DNA of 62,481 nt, counting the filler, from Choristocarpus tenellus KU-1152 (Eukaryota > Protista > Phaeophyceae): assembly GCA_964200185.2 (NCBI GenBank). It is 14 parts of 14 records of this genome, joined end to end, with 100 filler letters (N's around TTAATTAATTAA, not from the genome) between each part and the next. Parts side by side here need not be neighbours in the genome. Positions count along the whole stretch, not along the records: positions 21,121 to 28,515 come from CAXNAD020006220.1; positions 28,616 to 38,876 come from CAXNAD020003032.1; 12 more parts are not named here. One strand, given 5' to 3'. The number at the start of each line of letters is the position of its first letter. Position 1 is the first letter of the stretch. Below, piece by piece: positions 24,890 to 38,691 of the stretch. A model generated the notes under the pieces. The model had not been told where the DNA came from, made no database searches, and saw only the letters and a list, made by a program, of their open reading frames with translations. Position numbers and translations under genes: made by a program.

Positions 24890-25639
24890 ATGGTACCATT
24901 CTTGATGGGAGTGGGAACTTTTGTTAACATTTTCCTTCTTCTTGTGGAGGGTTCGCGTTCCAGCCAGGTGAACAAAGAAAGATACAAGAGAAAAATGGTA
25001 TCTCGAACATTGTCAAAAGATCAGAATAAGGACATTTCTAGTGGTTCACTGTCGACTAACGCAATGATCTGGAGGTGGATTTGATCCTCGGATTAGCGCT
25101 GTTTCGAGATTCCATAGCCCTGTGTTTAATGATCTGTATTTGGCTTTCAAGTCGACATAATAAGAGAACAGCATTTTGTTGGAGGATAAACCAATGCCAC
25201 AACCCCGTGTACGTAAAACCTTGCAGGGTTTCACATTACCCGCAGCTACACATGGATCCCCTACAAACATGCGTAGCTCCAGAGAGAGAAATGTACGATT
25301 GGCAGCCTGGCTCCCTGGGGAAACGAAGGAGCGAAGGTGCCCACTTTTTGACACAACACTTTCGAAATGACATACAATATTTTCTTGGTTCCACTCCATT
25401 TTGACTTGAGACTGGCTATCGAATTGTACAGTACAAAAGCGTAGTGTATTCCAGACAAAGAGTCTCGAGCATGCATCCTCACACATGTGCTACGGTGCTG
25501 GCAGCGACAAAGATCTTAAGAAGGGGATTGCTGGCTTCTACGATAAGTCGTCCAAACTATGGGAGGATATGTGGGGAGAGCATATGCATCACGGGTACTA
25601 TACAGAGGGAAACAAGCCCAGGTCTATTGAGGAGCACCG
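24890..25639 (+). CDS. VTE4: Gamma-tocopherol methyltransferase (tocopherol O-methyltransferase family), 5' part with plastid-targeting presequence
   Basis: Exons 24890-24967, 25227-25336 and 25505-25639 are phase-compatible. Exon 3 encodes DLKKGIAGFYDKSSKLWEDMWGEHMHHGYY, the signature N-terminal motif of gamma-TMT. Downstream exons were not found in this contig. Confidence 0.88.
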
Positions 25640-28600
25640 GTGAGTCTCAATGCTATTAGTGATAAAGTGGATTGTGTGGACATGTGTGTGTGATACGTCG
25701 TGTGTGCATTTTGGCATTCCATAAATGCTAGTGTACTTACTACGCATGTCAGACAGCACTTCAAAATACATAAGCGAAACTAAGGAACTTGCGCTTGTTG
25801 TCATAAATGCAACTACTATGCTTACGCTTCTCTGGGAAGACAACACATTCATGTTGTTGCATCTCTCTAGACAAGGCATGTAGTGCTGTGAAAATCTAAC
25901 AGTGAATATGCCTATCACACTTTCAAAAAGACTACCATCTTTAGAGTTCTCACTACGTTGAAGCAAACATGCAAGCACTTATTTTTGTAAGCTTAAAAGG
26001 TAGACCAAGGATATTTTCGCCTATCACTTACTTCTTTGGGACGAACACAATCCATTCCAATAGCCCCAACAATATATTATGGTCATGATTCCAACTAGGC
26101 ATACTTAAGAGGTGCAGCGCCCCAACATGATGATGATACAGGGGTTGACTGGTGTGATTGTAGTGAGTGCATTAAGTGCAATCATTGTATCCAATATTGC
26201 TGGAAAATTCTGTGTGAATGTGAAGGACATCGACAATCATGTCTATGAAAGTAAAATGTACACACAAGAAAAATTAATGTTGTTCCAAGGTCAAAGTGTT
26301 CTCTGCTGCCTACTGATGCAACAATGGCTTGCCTCTGTTCGTTTTTTCAGAGAAAATTTTAATCATGATCCCGGCTGGAATAGAGACTAATGGGTGCTAT
26401 TGTAAGGACCGGTTTGTGCATATGTGTGTGCATGTGCATATTTTGTTCATATCTTGTCTTTGTAGGGTTGGGGTGGTTTATGGTGCTGAAACAGTAGGAC
26501 GTAGTGGTACGACAGTGGTTTTGTGCGGGGTTTGATGACTGACACGAACAGAAAAGACTTGTTCAAAATGGGACATCCAAGTATGGTACAGTACACTGGA
26601 GGAAGGTCTCTCTGCAAGACAAATGTGTCGATTTAGTTCGTTTCTGTACACATTCCAGAGATATTTCATGTTCGTGCTCCAGCATTGCACCGGTCGGAGT
26701 TACCGATACTTTGGAAGCATTGTATTGATGGCGGTTATGCACAACTAGTGCTTCACATCTCGTTTGTGCTTGGGGAGTTAAGGTCAGAGTGATTTCCAGT
26801 TCAGTAACATTTTTTGGAACGCTAGTTTTCTTTTTACGCAGTCACTCTGAGCAAAGGAGGAGATTTCTTTTTTTTAATTGAATATCCTCTCTCGCGTTAG
26901 GCTTGGTTGAGCTCTCAAATCGATGTGCACTGACTGTGAAAAGGAGCGTAGGACTACCTGTAGAAACCACATTGTTGATGGTCTTGAAGGTACACCAGAT
27001 TCAATTCCTCTTTATTGTGCTTAACTCTGTTCAGCATCAGTTCAAACACATCGCAGAGGGGGGGAGGAACAAATATTGTATCAGGAAGGCGTTTTGTTCG
27101 GTTTAGCAGTGGGCGGTGTAGAAGAGGTGCACGAATTCGGATTTCGGTGAGATTTTAGGGTAACCTCTTGATGTAATTTTCAAGAGCCCCTGTAGAGCTA
27201 ATGAATATATGATACTGGTAGTATGTTTTTTTTTTGTTTATGTCCTGCCCAGCAATCTGTTTGAACTGATGCTGAAAGGAAGTGATTTGCATCAGCATAT
27301 AAAGGTCATCATCTCTATAATGTGTGTGTCTGTGTGTGAGCCAAAGTAAGCTAGAGAAACCCGGAATTGCATTTCAAGGGTCCTGATAAATATTTGCAAA
27401 AAAGGTTCTTTTAAGTGAAATGCAAATTGCGCCCATCTTTTTCTGAATTGTGTCCAAGGTTTCTCAAACAACGGAGATATCAGCACCCTCAAGCGAAAAA
27501 CTTAGCGCTTCATCCAGAGGAACGTGGACGATTTGTACAAGATTTTACAAATAATGATCTAAAATGTAAAACGGTCAAGACGTGGTGGTGTACGTACCTC
27601 TCAGTTACTTCGACTCTGTGTTGTGTGGGGGTGCGCTTTGATGTGCTCCTTTCGTGGGTGTTGTGGTGTCCATGGTTGAATATCATTGTTGCAATCATTA
27701 TTACTTCTTATGTCAAGGCACGTGTGCAAAAGGAAGATTTCCTTTCAAGTGTGAGTAGATGTACACACACATATATATGTATATGTATGTATGTATACAT
27801 CGTGCTTGGTTTTTTTTTTTACGTTTGTGGGGCATGGAAGCGTGATTATTGGTTCTCTCCTGTGCCCCTACAGTTCCTGACACGACTTCTTAAATCTGGA
27901 CTCACAACTGTCCCGTAACAACACGCCTGTTAGGTGTTGAAAGTAGCGTTACAACGGAAGTGTTGGTTTGGTTAAGTGAAGCCATGTCCCGAGAACCGAT
28001 CAATGAAAGCTCCAGCATTGGCCTCATCATGAGGAGTAGAGAGGGAGATGTGCTCGACATGGTGCTGGTTGTGTTACCCTGCCCTTGATAGTACATTACA
28101 TAATGAGATCCTTCGGAATCACCGCAGGATCAGTCCCAGAATGAAACCGTGCAACAGGGTGAAGGGGTCAGGATGGACAGGGGCTTACGTATTCGCCGTC
28201 ACAGCTTTTTTGCATGTTCAACCTTGCTCGAGTGTGTGCTGGAGTGCCACAGGGCCGACCCGCTAGCCCTAACTCTGACTAGTCAGAGCGTACTCTGCCG
28301 TAAAATAAAGTACACCAAAGTGCATGCACCTTGAACTTAAGTTTATGCTGTTGCAGTCTTATGTGCATGCCGCCTAGTGGCATGGAGTGAAGGCGTCTAC
28401 TGCAGTGGCAACACCTTGTGCGTGGGGCACCTTGAAGCGATTGCTGCAACTGTAGCGGTAGTAGTCGAACCCCCCCCCCCCCCCCCCCCCCCTCTTTTTT
28501 TTTTTTTTTTTTTTTNNNNNNNNNNNNNNNNNNNNNNNNNNNNNNNNNNNNNNNNNNNNTTAATTAATTAANNNNNNNNNNNNNNNNNNNNNNNNNNNNN

Positions 28601-28975
28601 NNNNNNNNNNNNNNNAAAGATATACTGTTGAGTCCATGTCAGCAACAGGCCCAAGGTTGACATAGTCATAGCCCCCAGCCCCCCCCCCCAGAAACAGTCA
28701 TCATGAGTCCCTGGGAATTTCTCTTTCTATCAGATCCAGAATGCTACTTGAGCAGGGCCTGCGCTGGCCATGGTTTTAGTGTTGCCCTGTGAATTTTACT
28801 GCATTCAAGTCAAAGTCAGCTATCTGTTACTGTCTATCTGTTTATTTCTGATTATTTTTTATGCATCCATTGAGGGTGATGATTTTCTTGGCTCGTATTC
28901 TCCTCCGTCAGAAAACGCCTGATGGGTGTTTGGTTCCCAATGCTCTTACATGTGTGTGTGTGTGTGCATGTCCAG

Positions 28976-29537
28976 GTGAACAAGGGTGCAGATTCATCGG
29001 TGCTTCTCCGAGATGTGATCATGGATGTTGCAGTAGAGAACATAATTCCCCTGTACAGTCCACTCCTTACTTCTGTTCGGGTGAGAAAAAATCGTGTCCA
29101 AAAGGCTCTAATATGTCCAAAACCATCTGCCCGATCAACCCTTTCTGCCCCTTTCCCCCTCACTGTATCCACCATTTGCCATAACTGAAGTACTTGTTAC
29201 TAATGGCAGGCGTGCTTCTGAATTTATTCATGGAATGCACTCCCTCTGTACATGAGCTTCACACCATCATTGCAAGGTTGTTCAAATACCTCCTATTGGA
29301 CAGTTCTCAGTTCTACTGTTGTGCCTCACACAGAATGTACTGTATACTACCCCAAAGGTAGTATGTTACATATAATCCTAACCCTAAACCCTTTGTAATA
29401 TAAATACATACACACAGGTTTTGGAAAGGGCTTTCATCCACCAGGGAAAGAAGAAGGGAAAGAGAGTGCGGCAATCTCGCATCTACTACATAAGAAACTT
29501 GGATCACAAGTACTACCGAGTGACTGGCACTGTTTGA
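28976..29537 (+). CDS. MRPL19: Ribosomal protein L19 (bL19, probably mitochondrial), last two exons
   Basis: Exons 28976-29080 and 29418-29537: NKGADSSVLLRDVIMDVAVENIIPLYSPLLTSVR-VLERAFIHQGKKKGKRVRQSRIYYIRN..*, matching the bL19 motifs GxxSSFxLR, VExxFPLYSP and VRRAKLYYLR. Confidence 0.88.
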
Positions 29538-32500
29538 ATTATTCTCATTCTGACAGGGTGTCTGCACCATATTGAGTTTACTGTGAGGAAGCCATTGGCT
29601 CTTGATTACCTCACCTTGGAAGGCATGATTATTTTATTATCTTCCGTACCATAGTGCCCTCTTTTGTGCTCAATCAGTAGGGAGTGAGCCGCGTGCCTTA
29701 CCCTTACTATTTTCCAGTAATTGGCGGTGAGTATATTGGGAGTATGCAAGGAGTGCAGCTGAGTATGACAGTAAGGTGGAGGTTGATTCTAGGTGTGGAC
29801 AGGCAGAAGATGAAGGAGAAATTGGTCAAGAATAATTGAGTGCATACCTGTGGAGGACCTTCATGTCCTTCATATCTTTCCTCTAGTTGCGTCTTCAAAG
29901 GATGGTCCAAGATGGATGGAATTGGTCTGCAACTGCCCTGCATGTGGTTACATTGACTTTTGATGAAAGGGTCCCTGAACATAGTGGCGGTATTGTGTAG
30001 TGGATTGTAAGTATATCAGTTTGTTGCCAATACTGTCCTCGTGTGTTTGTGATAAGGTTAGGGTTAGGGTTAGTGAACGGCATGGTATGGACACACATGA
30101 AATGCTTGATGGTATAGTATTAATGGTATGTTGAATTGTAGTGAATTACCTTCACTATTTGCGATGCATATCGTAACCCTCTTGCTGCTCCAACAATTAC
30201 CATTGTTTTGGTCAACAAGTCAGGAGTTTTCTGGATGAGTCGACAGTCTGCCCAGAACGCACTAACTCTTAGAATACTCATCACAACACTAATCACAGTG
30301 GGCCAAAGAATTAAACGACTTGACTTCTCCCATGTAGTTCTCGATTTTTTCAAACAATGCAAGGCGACTCTTCTCTTGTAACTCAACTTTAGGACAGCAG
30401 TTCAGTGTATTGCTGCTACAGGACCTTAACACTCCAGTGTCATGTATGAAGGCTTTGACATGGCGAGTGTGCATGGAAGTCATCGATTTGCAACACATCT
30501 TATCTAACCATTTTGTGGGCATTGCCAGTACATGTCCAACATCTTGGCTTGGTCCAATTCAATGTGACTTCCTGTTGCAGCATTGAAAATAGTGTTGAGA
30601 GTTAGTGTAGTCGGTGTGTCGGTTTGGCAGTTGAAGGGAAAAAGCTTTTCTTCTTTTAGTGTGCGTTCTATTGTACACACACCATTAGTGACTCCATTTC
30701 ACTGTTGAACTGACCACTGATAAACTTCTCAGTGATAACTTCCAGAGTCCTTAAATTTCTGGTGGGCCACCACCTAAGTTCCTCTGATACCCCACCTCTG
30801 ATTCTAACCAAATGCAATGGGAAAAATTGATGTCACTTCACTTTTTTACACACATTGTGATGCTGATGAAGGTACATGAGTGAAGGCTAAGACCTTCATT
30901 GTAGGTAGAGTGGATCAATATCCAAGGTCAGATGTTATAGTGGCAGTTTTTGTTCCCCTGATAAAAGTGGAATTCTTCCTCTTTAGTCAATGAATTTATG
31001 CTTGCATTACCTGTCTTCTTGACCTCGGATTGACTCAAAATGTCAAGGAGAACCCTGGTATAAAATGTGATAATTGCTCTAGAGGGCAGTATCACTGACT
31101 CAATTACCAATCAGACGTGCTTCTTCCAAAAGAATGGAATACCGTCATTACCTTGACTCTCTGAAGTGGGGTTTATCGTCCTTCATTTTGAGGCTTGGCC
31201 TATTGGAGGTAGGAATACTTTGACCATTTCCTAACAGGTCTATTTTGAATAGCAGACCTACAGTTACTATTAATACTGATTTTTTAAAAAAAACTCCTGG
31301 ATCTATTCGTTGGCATGAGTTTTCTGTATCATAGGCCAATTTTTCTGCAATAGATGCCTCCATACAATCTGTAAATCCGACATGCCCGTGAGCTTTTCGG
31401 TAGTTTTAATGCATTGGAGTTTCAATCTGAGAAAGATGGCCAACAGGGACTGTGAAACTACAAGCTGGGTATGCACATGGGTAGGAGGCAAACACCATCA
31501 CCACTTAAGCCTTACAAAATGTCTAAAGTTCAATATTAGCACCTTTTTGATTGTACAAGTTCAGTATTACAGACTCTAGGGGTATCCCTTTGGTGGAAGC
31601 TGTCATCCTAACTTGCAGGAAGTTCCTATGTATCTTCCTATCAAATAGGTGCTGGAAGCTGTTGCTCACATCAAGGTATCACCTCGAAGAATATGATGCT
31701 ATTGAAAATATACTTAGATCTACTACCAATAGTAAGTAGTACAGGTTTAACACTCAGATGCCCAATGCGTCATTGGGAGGTAGAGCTCTGCTACCCGAGG
31801 TTATGATGATGAATAGGTTCTAAACTCTGTACTCTTAACTTGCTGCCTGACGCTTATCTTAAGGCGTACTTGTAAATTGGTTATGTTGGTGGTTTTAGTT
31901 ACCATTGGTATTTTGGATGGAGGTGTTTGTATCAAAGTGTTGGTGGTCGCTGCACCTATGTGATATCTTACAAAAATTGCACTTACAAATTGTTCTCTTT
32001 GCACCGTGTATGTAGTACCTATTAATATTATTACATCTTAATACTGCCATTATTTCCAAATGCTTCAAAGTGTTTGTGACAGCTGTATGCGCACCAATAA
32101 ATCATATTATGAATACTTCAATAGCAGTACTTTGGGTCAGAGCATTATCCGAACTGACACATGCAGGGAATTAAGTATTCACTGTGGTTTTGTGCCGAGT
32201 CAAGTGTTTATTATCAACACACACACAAGCGATCCATATCCTCCCACCGAGAACTCTACTGGGCAACCAGTCAGGAGTAGGAAGAAACTACGGCTTTTTA
32301 TCAGATTGGGAGAACGTGACAGGATTCATGAAGGTGAACGGTGTTATAAAGAGTAAAACCAGACTGTATCATGGACTGGCCCAGGTAAAATATGTCCTAA
32401 CAACAGGGCTGAACTGGGTTATAAGCTGAGCTTGAAGGATGTTTAGAGCAGTCGAAGTGTGTGTGTGTTGAGCATCCTCGTGACTAAGTGGTGAAAGAAA

Positions 32501-32624
32501 CTGTTCCTTACATGAATTTCGCCCGTTCAAACCCGAACCATTGACTCCATACTTCTTTTCGTGGTCATCTGGATTCGATCATTTGAATTCCATATGACAA
32601 GCGCTGTTATAGGGATTTAGATGC

Positions 32625-32652
32625 GTAGTAGTAGGAGTAGGAGTAGGAGTAG

Positions 32653-32721
<69 letters not shown>

Positions 32722-32763
32722 GAGGAGGAGGAGGAGGAGGAGGAGGAGGAGGAGGAGGAGGAG
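32625..32763. repeat. Compound microsatellite (GGAGTA)n-(GTA)n-(GGA)n
   Basis: Direct reading. Confidence 0.95.
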
Positions 32764-34581
32764 TTCACTCTAGCCAAGGATCACTCTTCAATACTCAACA
32801 GAAAAAACAGAATGATATTTGTTGTTTAGATTGTACTTAAGCAGAGTACATTCTACTAGAAGAACTGTACTAGGGCTTTTGAACTTTCATATTCCCACTA
32901 AAATTTCTAAGTAGTTTGATAGGTCATTAAAAACTTACAATAAATAAGTAACATATGAACCAACTGGGCCGGTCCAGTGGTATCAAAGAGTAGAACCAGA
33001 CCGAGGTGTGGATCGGCCTGGGTAAAACATGCCATGTCTGATTAGAACTGGACGCCATCGAGATTATATACTGGGCCAGGGCGCATGAGACAGACTGGGT
33101 AAATTTTGTCTCAACAAGGATGGGCCTGGGTCATCGAGATTGTAACTTGATTGGGCCACAGGCCTGTCCAACAGGCCTAGTCCACCATGTTGGTCCAATA
33201 AACTGCCAGTCTGGCACAAGTTCCTTAAAAGAAACAAGATATATTTGACTCTCCTGTACAAAAATATCGATGTTCCTAGCTCCAGCACAGCGCTGCCTTC
33301 ATGGTGCCCGTGCTTGTGATGAATGCTCTTTGTATATAGGGACTAAAGTGTGTGTACTCAAGAGACCTTTGTACATCAAGGGAGATTAATCGACATCTCC
33401 AACAGATCCAAGCATTTCTTTAGTTGGTTGCCACCTCTACATTACAGCCACAAGCACAAAAAAACACCTTCATCAGATAATTACTGGAAAGAGGAGTGGG
33501 ACCATTTAAATTGCATAGGGTTGGGGGGTAGAATAGGGCACCAATTGTGTGTCCTTTGTAGACGCATGATCATAGATACCCCCCAAAAAATTCACCATAG
33601 ATGAGTGGGTACCTAGGAAGGTAGCTTGGTTACACACCCTTAATCACGCAATGGTAGGATACACAATCTCCACCCATTTCAAAACAGTACCTATTAATAG
33701 AGGCAATAGGAGAAAAGACACAGGAGGGGGTATATGCCTGCCTGTGCAAAGGCAAATGACCACCTATAAACCCACATTGTGTGTAAGTGTGGGGTCTGCG
33801 TGTAACTTAAACCTTCTTAGTGCGGCTAACTGGGAATTATGAACTAGTGGAGTATCACAGGCCAGGGCCCTACAGCATAAAATGATGTATATCACCTTCT
33901 GGGTCAACCATCCTCTCAGACATGTATGAAAAAGTGGACTACTGGTNNNNNNNNNNAAGAGCAGGGTACCTGAAATCAATTGCAAATACCCCCCTACTTC
34001 ACATATAGTGATTGCTACTATTACTAACATCCTAATGTTATTAGTAGTAATCACTGTTACTCTGCAAAGACTGGAACCTCATGATAGAGTCAGGAACATA
34101 GACAGCTTGTATCCACTGCAAGATGGAAAGAGTGATGGCGCTTAACTACTGCAGAGATGCAAAAGCACAGGAAACCAGAATGTCAACTGCCCACGAGATA
34201 GCCAGAGTACCAGTGCCCTTTCCTTCTTGCTGACCTGACAGCGCTGATGAGTGATCCATGCTATTGATTTGAATCCCCCCTTCTCCTTTGAACACTTTTT
34301 GGCACTTCAACTACAGTACCAATCTTTGCCTGTGACATACACCTCGTTGATCTCTTAAAGAATTGTACTTTTTTATTCAACATAATAAAGTCGAAATAAA
34401 TATTGTGTATTGTGCTTCGAATGTGCTCTTGGTGTTGTAATACAGTACTCAAGAGTTTCATTTCAAACCAATGATCATAACCATGTATATGCTGAAATCC
34501 CTTTCAGAAGGGCTGAAGATAAAGCTAATACTCAGTACATGATGGTTAAGAGGATGTACATGCACGTTACGGTCACGATCT

Positions 34582-34762
34582 GAACGAAAGTATCTGGGGG
34601 AGGGGGGGAGGGGTCTACACCACGGTGTCCATTTTGTCCATAACCAGAAAAATTGCACTTTCATTATCCATCCCACATATGGAATCAATCACCCAAAAAC
34701 CGCGACATGAAAAAATTGGCCCCAGATGGACAGCCGCCACCCACCCCCAGATATCTTGAGCC
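34582..34762. mobile_element. MITE family B, full length
   Basis: GAACGAAAGTATCTGGGGG ... CCAGATATCTTGAGCC; flanks ATCT/ACCT (one mismatch). Confidence 0.85.
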
Positions 34763-35034
34763 ACCTCAGAAGCATTCTGATTTGTACTGTACCACCAAGC
34801 ACGGGGACAAAAACAAGCAAGTGGGCAGGACCTTCACAGGGCACTGGGAACGAATGACCCACAACATGTTGGTTCCTACTACTGCTGGGAGGTGTCTTCC
34901 ATTGCTAGTGCATTATATCTTTGTAGATATACCATGCCGTGCTTTGGGGGTGTCAGCTCCAGTGCCAGGAACAGCCGCTTTTCACATCGTGATTTCAAGG
35001 GTGTTTTGTCCTTCCTGCCCCACCAAAAAAAAGC

Positions 35035-35129
35035 ATTCATGACATACAAACTGATTCATAACATACAAACCAATTCATGACATACAAACCAATTCATGAC
35101 ATACAAACCAATTCATGACATACAAACCA
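35035..35129. repeat. 19-bp minisatellite, ~5 copies
   Basis: Unit ATTCATGACATACAAACCA. Confidence 0.9.
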
Positions 35130-35400
35130 AGTATATATACGCACACAAAATGCACCATCCACAAATACAGTTAATAGTTAACACCAAAAACGTAAGTTGC
35201 TATCCTGAGATTCGGCATTCTTCACCAGCTGCATAGCAAGATGGTAACTATAATGTGGATGTGGAAGAGACTCCAGAAAAATTACTTCGTTGCAGTCCCA
35301 AAGGATAAGCATGGGGAGATCCTATGGAATAGAGCACTGCAAGATTTTCTTAATCATATATCCAGAATTCTTCAAAATCTGTGCAAATGGTCTGCCCCAG

Positions 35401-38400
35401 TCAAGTCTTCCTGATAACGTCCACAACGCCCTCACTAAAGTCCAAGGAACTTGAGGTCATCCAGGCCCATTTCTGCTGGGTCGGGAACCACCCCAGAGGC
35501 CATCCGACATGACCCCCTTGCCTGGTGCATACGAACATATCGGTGGAGGCAAGGGAGGGTGTTTCTTTGTTATCCCTTGATAGAAAGACTTACTTACCAT
35601 AGTAGATGGGGTAGGTATCTTGCTTTGTACATGAGTTATGCCAGGAAGGTCAAAAAAAGGTACACTAGTACTATTGAGGAGATATGAAGTACTGTCCTTG
35701 ATGCAGCCATCAACACTGAACATCACAGTATTCAACACACAACAGGGGTATCATGAGGCCTTTCCAGATTGGGAGCAAGTTTTGAAAATACTGGCAGGAG
35801 CATCATGCCATGCCAACTGTTGATATGATAAGCTATACTATACACTCGATAACGGCTCTTGCCACTACAAACATCAATGAAACCTTCCTACATCTCCATC
35901 TGACCTCTTAGTGAGTCTGGTATGCAATCAAACTGGTCTCCAAAGGTCTAAGGCTGTCATTCAGAAGATAGCCTATAGTAGCAATCCAACAGCAACCAAA
36001 ACAAAGAGCATCAGTTGCAACACATCACCTCAAAATTCCAATACTACTGCACACAAAACACAAGGCGCACTAATCGAAAGAGTTGAAGAAGAGCAAGTAA
36101 AGGCCAGGTGCGCATTTAATTCATTGATCCCCACCCAAAACTCATGGACGCCACTTGAATCTTCACCCCATCTGTCTTGTGCGTGTATGTGTGCATGATG
36201 AACACAAGTCCTCACCTAGTCAAGAGGATGAATAGATCCTCAACACTATCAACAGCGTCCACAGGTGTACCTCCAGGAGTCATGATTGGATCATCCAAAG
36301 CATGAATAGCCAGTAGGGGAGTGCGCAGACCAAGGATCTTACCATTCACTCCTGCACTCATGTCTATGTAATAGTCTTCCACACGCTGGAAAAGAAAATA
36401 AATATTAAAGCAAGAGGAAAACATGGGTCTGAGGTGTATTTTCATGCCATGAATGGTTACATCATTGTCGCCATTGTTTACCACTTCACACTCAGAATGC
36501 TCAGAGTACTTACCGGCGTATACCCAATATGTGCTCCACGTGCAAAGAAACTGGTTTCCTACAGGGTAGTGAGGCAGCAAGCTTTCTCAAACCCACTGCA
36601 CAGCATTGAGGTTCAACCCATTTGAAACAATATAAATCGATTAATCCATAGACACTTGAATAACATAGTTCATGTTCCAGTCCTCCTGGGTTGGGAAATG
36701 ATCCCACCAAAAGAGGGTGACTGGCCTGGCTCTGTAGCAATCAGTAGGTCCATCAAATTGACCCATAAATAACAATCACAATGCAAACATGGGTAATGGG
36801 GTGATGTGTTCCTGTAGACAAGTGGAGAGATTAACAGCTCATTCCCCTCTCAACACGGTCTCCATCACATGTCCTTTTCACTGAAGGCGTTTGTTCATTG
36901 GCAGGTCGACTAGCAGGGAACGGCCTGCAGTGCATATCAAAGTACTTCTTTCAAAGGACAGCACTGTGTACAACTTTAAACACAACTCAGAGAGGAACAT
37001 AGACCAGCACTATTAAGCACCACCTCACCTTGTACCCATGGTAGGGTGCCACCATAGCCCTGTCAACGTCCACCACTGTTACCGCCTGCTCTACCTTACG
37101 AAGATCGATACACCTAGCAATAGTAGACATGGGTAAAAGGAGAGGTTACACTGGGGGTTACACCAAGATCAGTTGGAAATGCACCTCAAAGAAACATTGA
37201 GGGGATACGGGCATGGTACATAAAGGAACATATGGACCAATAAAAAATCGTGACACGCACGACGCATTTGCAATGCAGCATCCCCAACATCCTTAACAAT
37301 ACTAATAAATAAATACAACTTATAATCTTGCTAGTCCTGGTGGGGTAAGGAAGGTGCATCTGTTTGTGTCACAGGAAAAATTTGACAGTGGAGATGGAGC
37401 AACAGACAACTGTGTCTTCCTCTGTAAAACTCAGAGTAAAAGAAGTACAATGTCAAGAGACTGCAGAGACCTAGCTCACAATGGTGGATCTAAGGAAACA
37501 CTTTTCAACTTTCAACAAGTCCCATTGAGAGTCTCTCTGAGAGCAGTGTATCATAACCTATACTTGGACATCCAGTTTCTTATCTGCATGGGACTTGGCC
37601 ATGATCTCCAAGGCTCCTCGCCTCCATCTCCTTGGTACTAGAGGTCGTTCCCCCCAACATACTTTTCTAGTCTCCCTAACACTCTTTGAGTGCTTTCACA
37701 TTTTAAAAATATATATACTTTTTTGAGGCATACTCTTGACCTTTCCTGAGATAAGCCTCCCCCCCACAGAAATATGACACAGGGCAACTGCTATTCATCA
37801 ACTGTAAACCAGTCCTGTTACTATCAGGAACTGGTTTGGAAGAGGGTTGGCATCCAAATTTTGCATTTATGAGCTACGGTGCCTTCTTTCTTAACTATTG
37901 GGCATCAAGAGACAGCACCCAACCAAAAAGTCACACACCTGGCTGCAAGCTTGTGCACATTTGGCACAGCAAAATTTTCCTTGAGGGACCTGGCGAGGAC
38001 AGGCTGCCACAGATGTAGGCTATGCCAGAAGGACATGTTCTCCCTGCACAACACATAAAGCAGACAACACACAAAACACATCCGTAAAACACACGCAACA
38101 ATGTAAAAACTTACAAACTTACACCGTAACACTGTACAATATCAAAAGATACAATGGATGAGGAGGACCATTGGAAAGGACAACTATCCCTCCCATTTTA
38201 GGTACCACTACTGCTCTCCACCTTTCACTCAACCACTGCCAAGAGTAGAATCGAACCACCCTAATACACTAGTTTCCGCACTTCTGAGCATCCTACCATA
38301 TCATACAGCTTGTGAAACCGCTTGCAATAAAAAAACAACTATTTGTCCTTTCCCATCCTTCCTTCACGCACTTGTCACCCATCTCCCCATCTCTCCTCCC

Positions 38401-38568
38401 CATCTCCCCTCCCCATCTCCCCTCCCCCATCCCCCTCCCCCTACCGTGTATCAAAGCAGCCGGAGATGGACACGCAGCTGGTGAGGCCTGATTCTGTACC
38501 ATACTTGGTAACATAGTTGGCACCAATTATCCCCCCCATACTGAAGCCCACCAGACACAGGGGTGTCC
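35401..38568 (-). CDS. Alpha/beta hydrolase, YheT/ABHD1-3 (AB hydrolase-4) family, 3' part
   Basis: Five phase-compatible exons 38568-38445, 38043-37939, 37113-37029, 36385-36216 and 35521-35401 give a complete triad: LVGFSMGG (Ser), AIHALDDPI (Asp) and QGGHVGWP (His), plus APYHGYKRVEDYY. Stop at 35401-35403. Confidence 0.92.
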
Positions 38569-38644
38569 CTTGAGGCAAGGCCGATCGAAGGGCAAATATT
38601 GCAGCATGAACATCGGAGGTACGTGCCCCGTTGAAAAGTTCTGA

Positions 38645-38691
38645 GTACCAGTACCAGTACCAGTACCAGTACCAGTACCAGTACCAGTACC
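38645..38691. repeat. (GTACCA)n hexamer repeat
   Basis: Direct reading. Confidence 0.9.

Noticed and set aside
29700-32000. Coding-like blocks on the minus strand
   Set aside because: Frequent stops and no recognisable family; a divergent gene, a pseudogene and noise cannot be told apart by eye.
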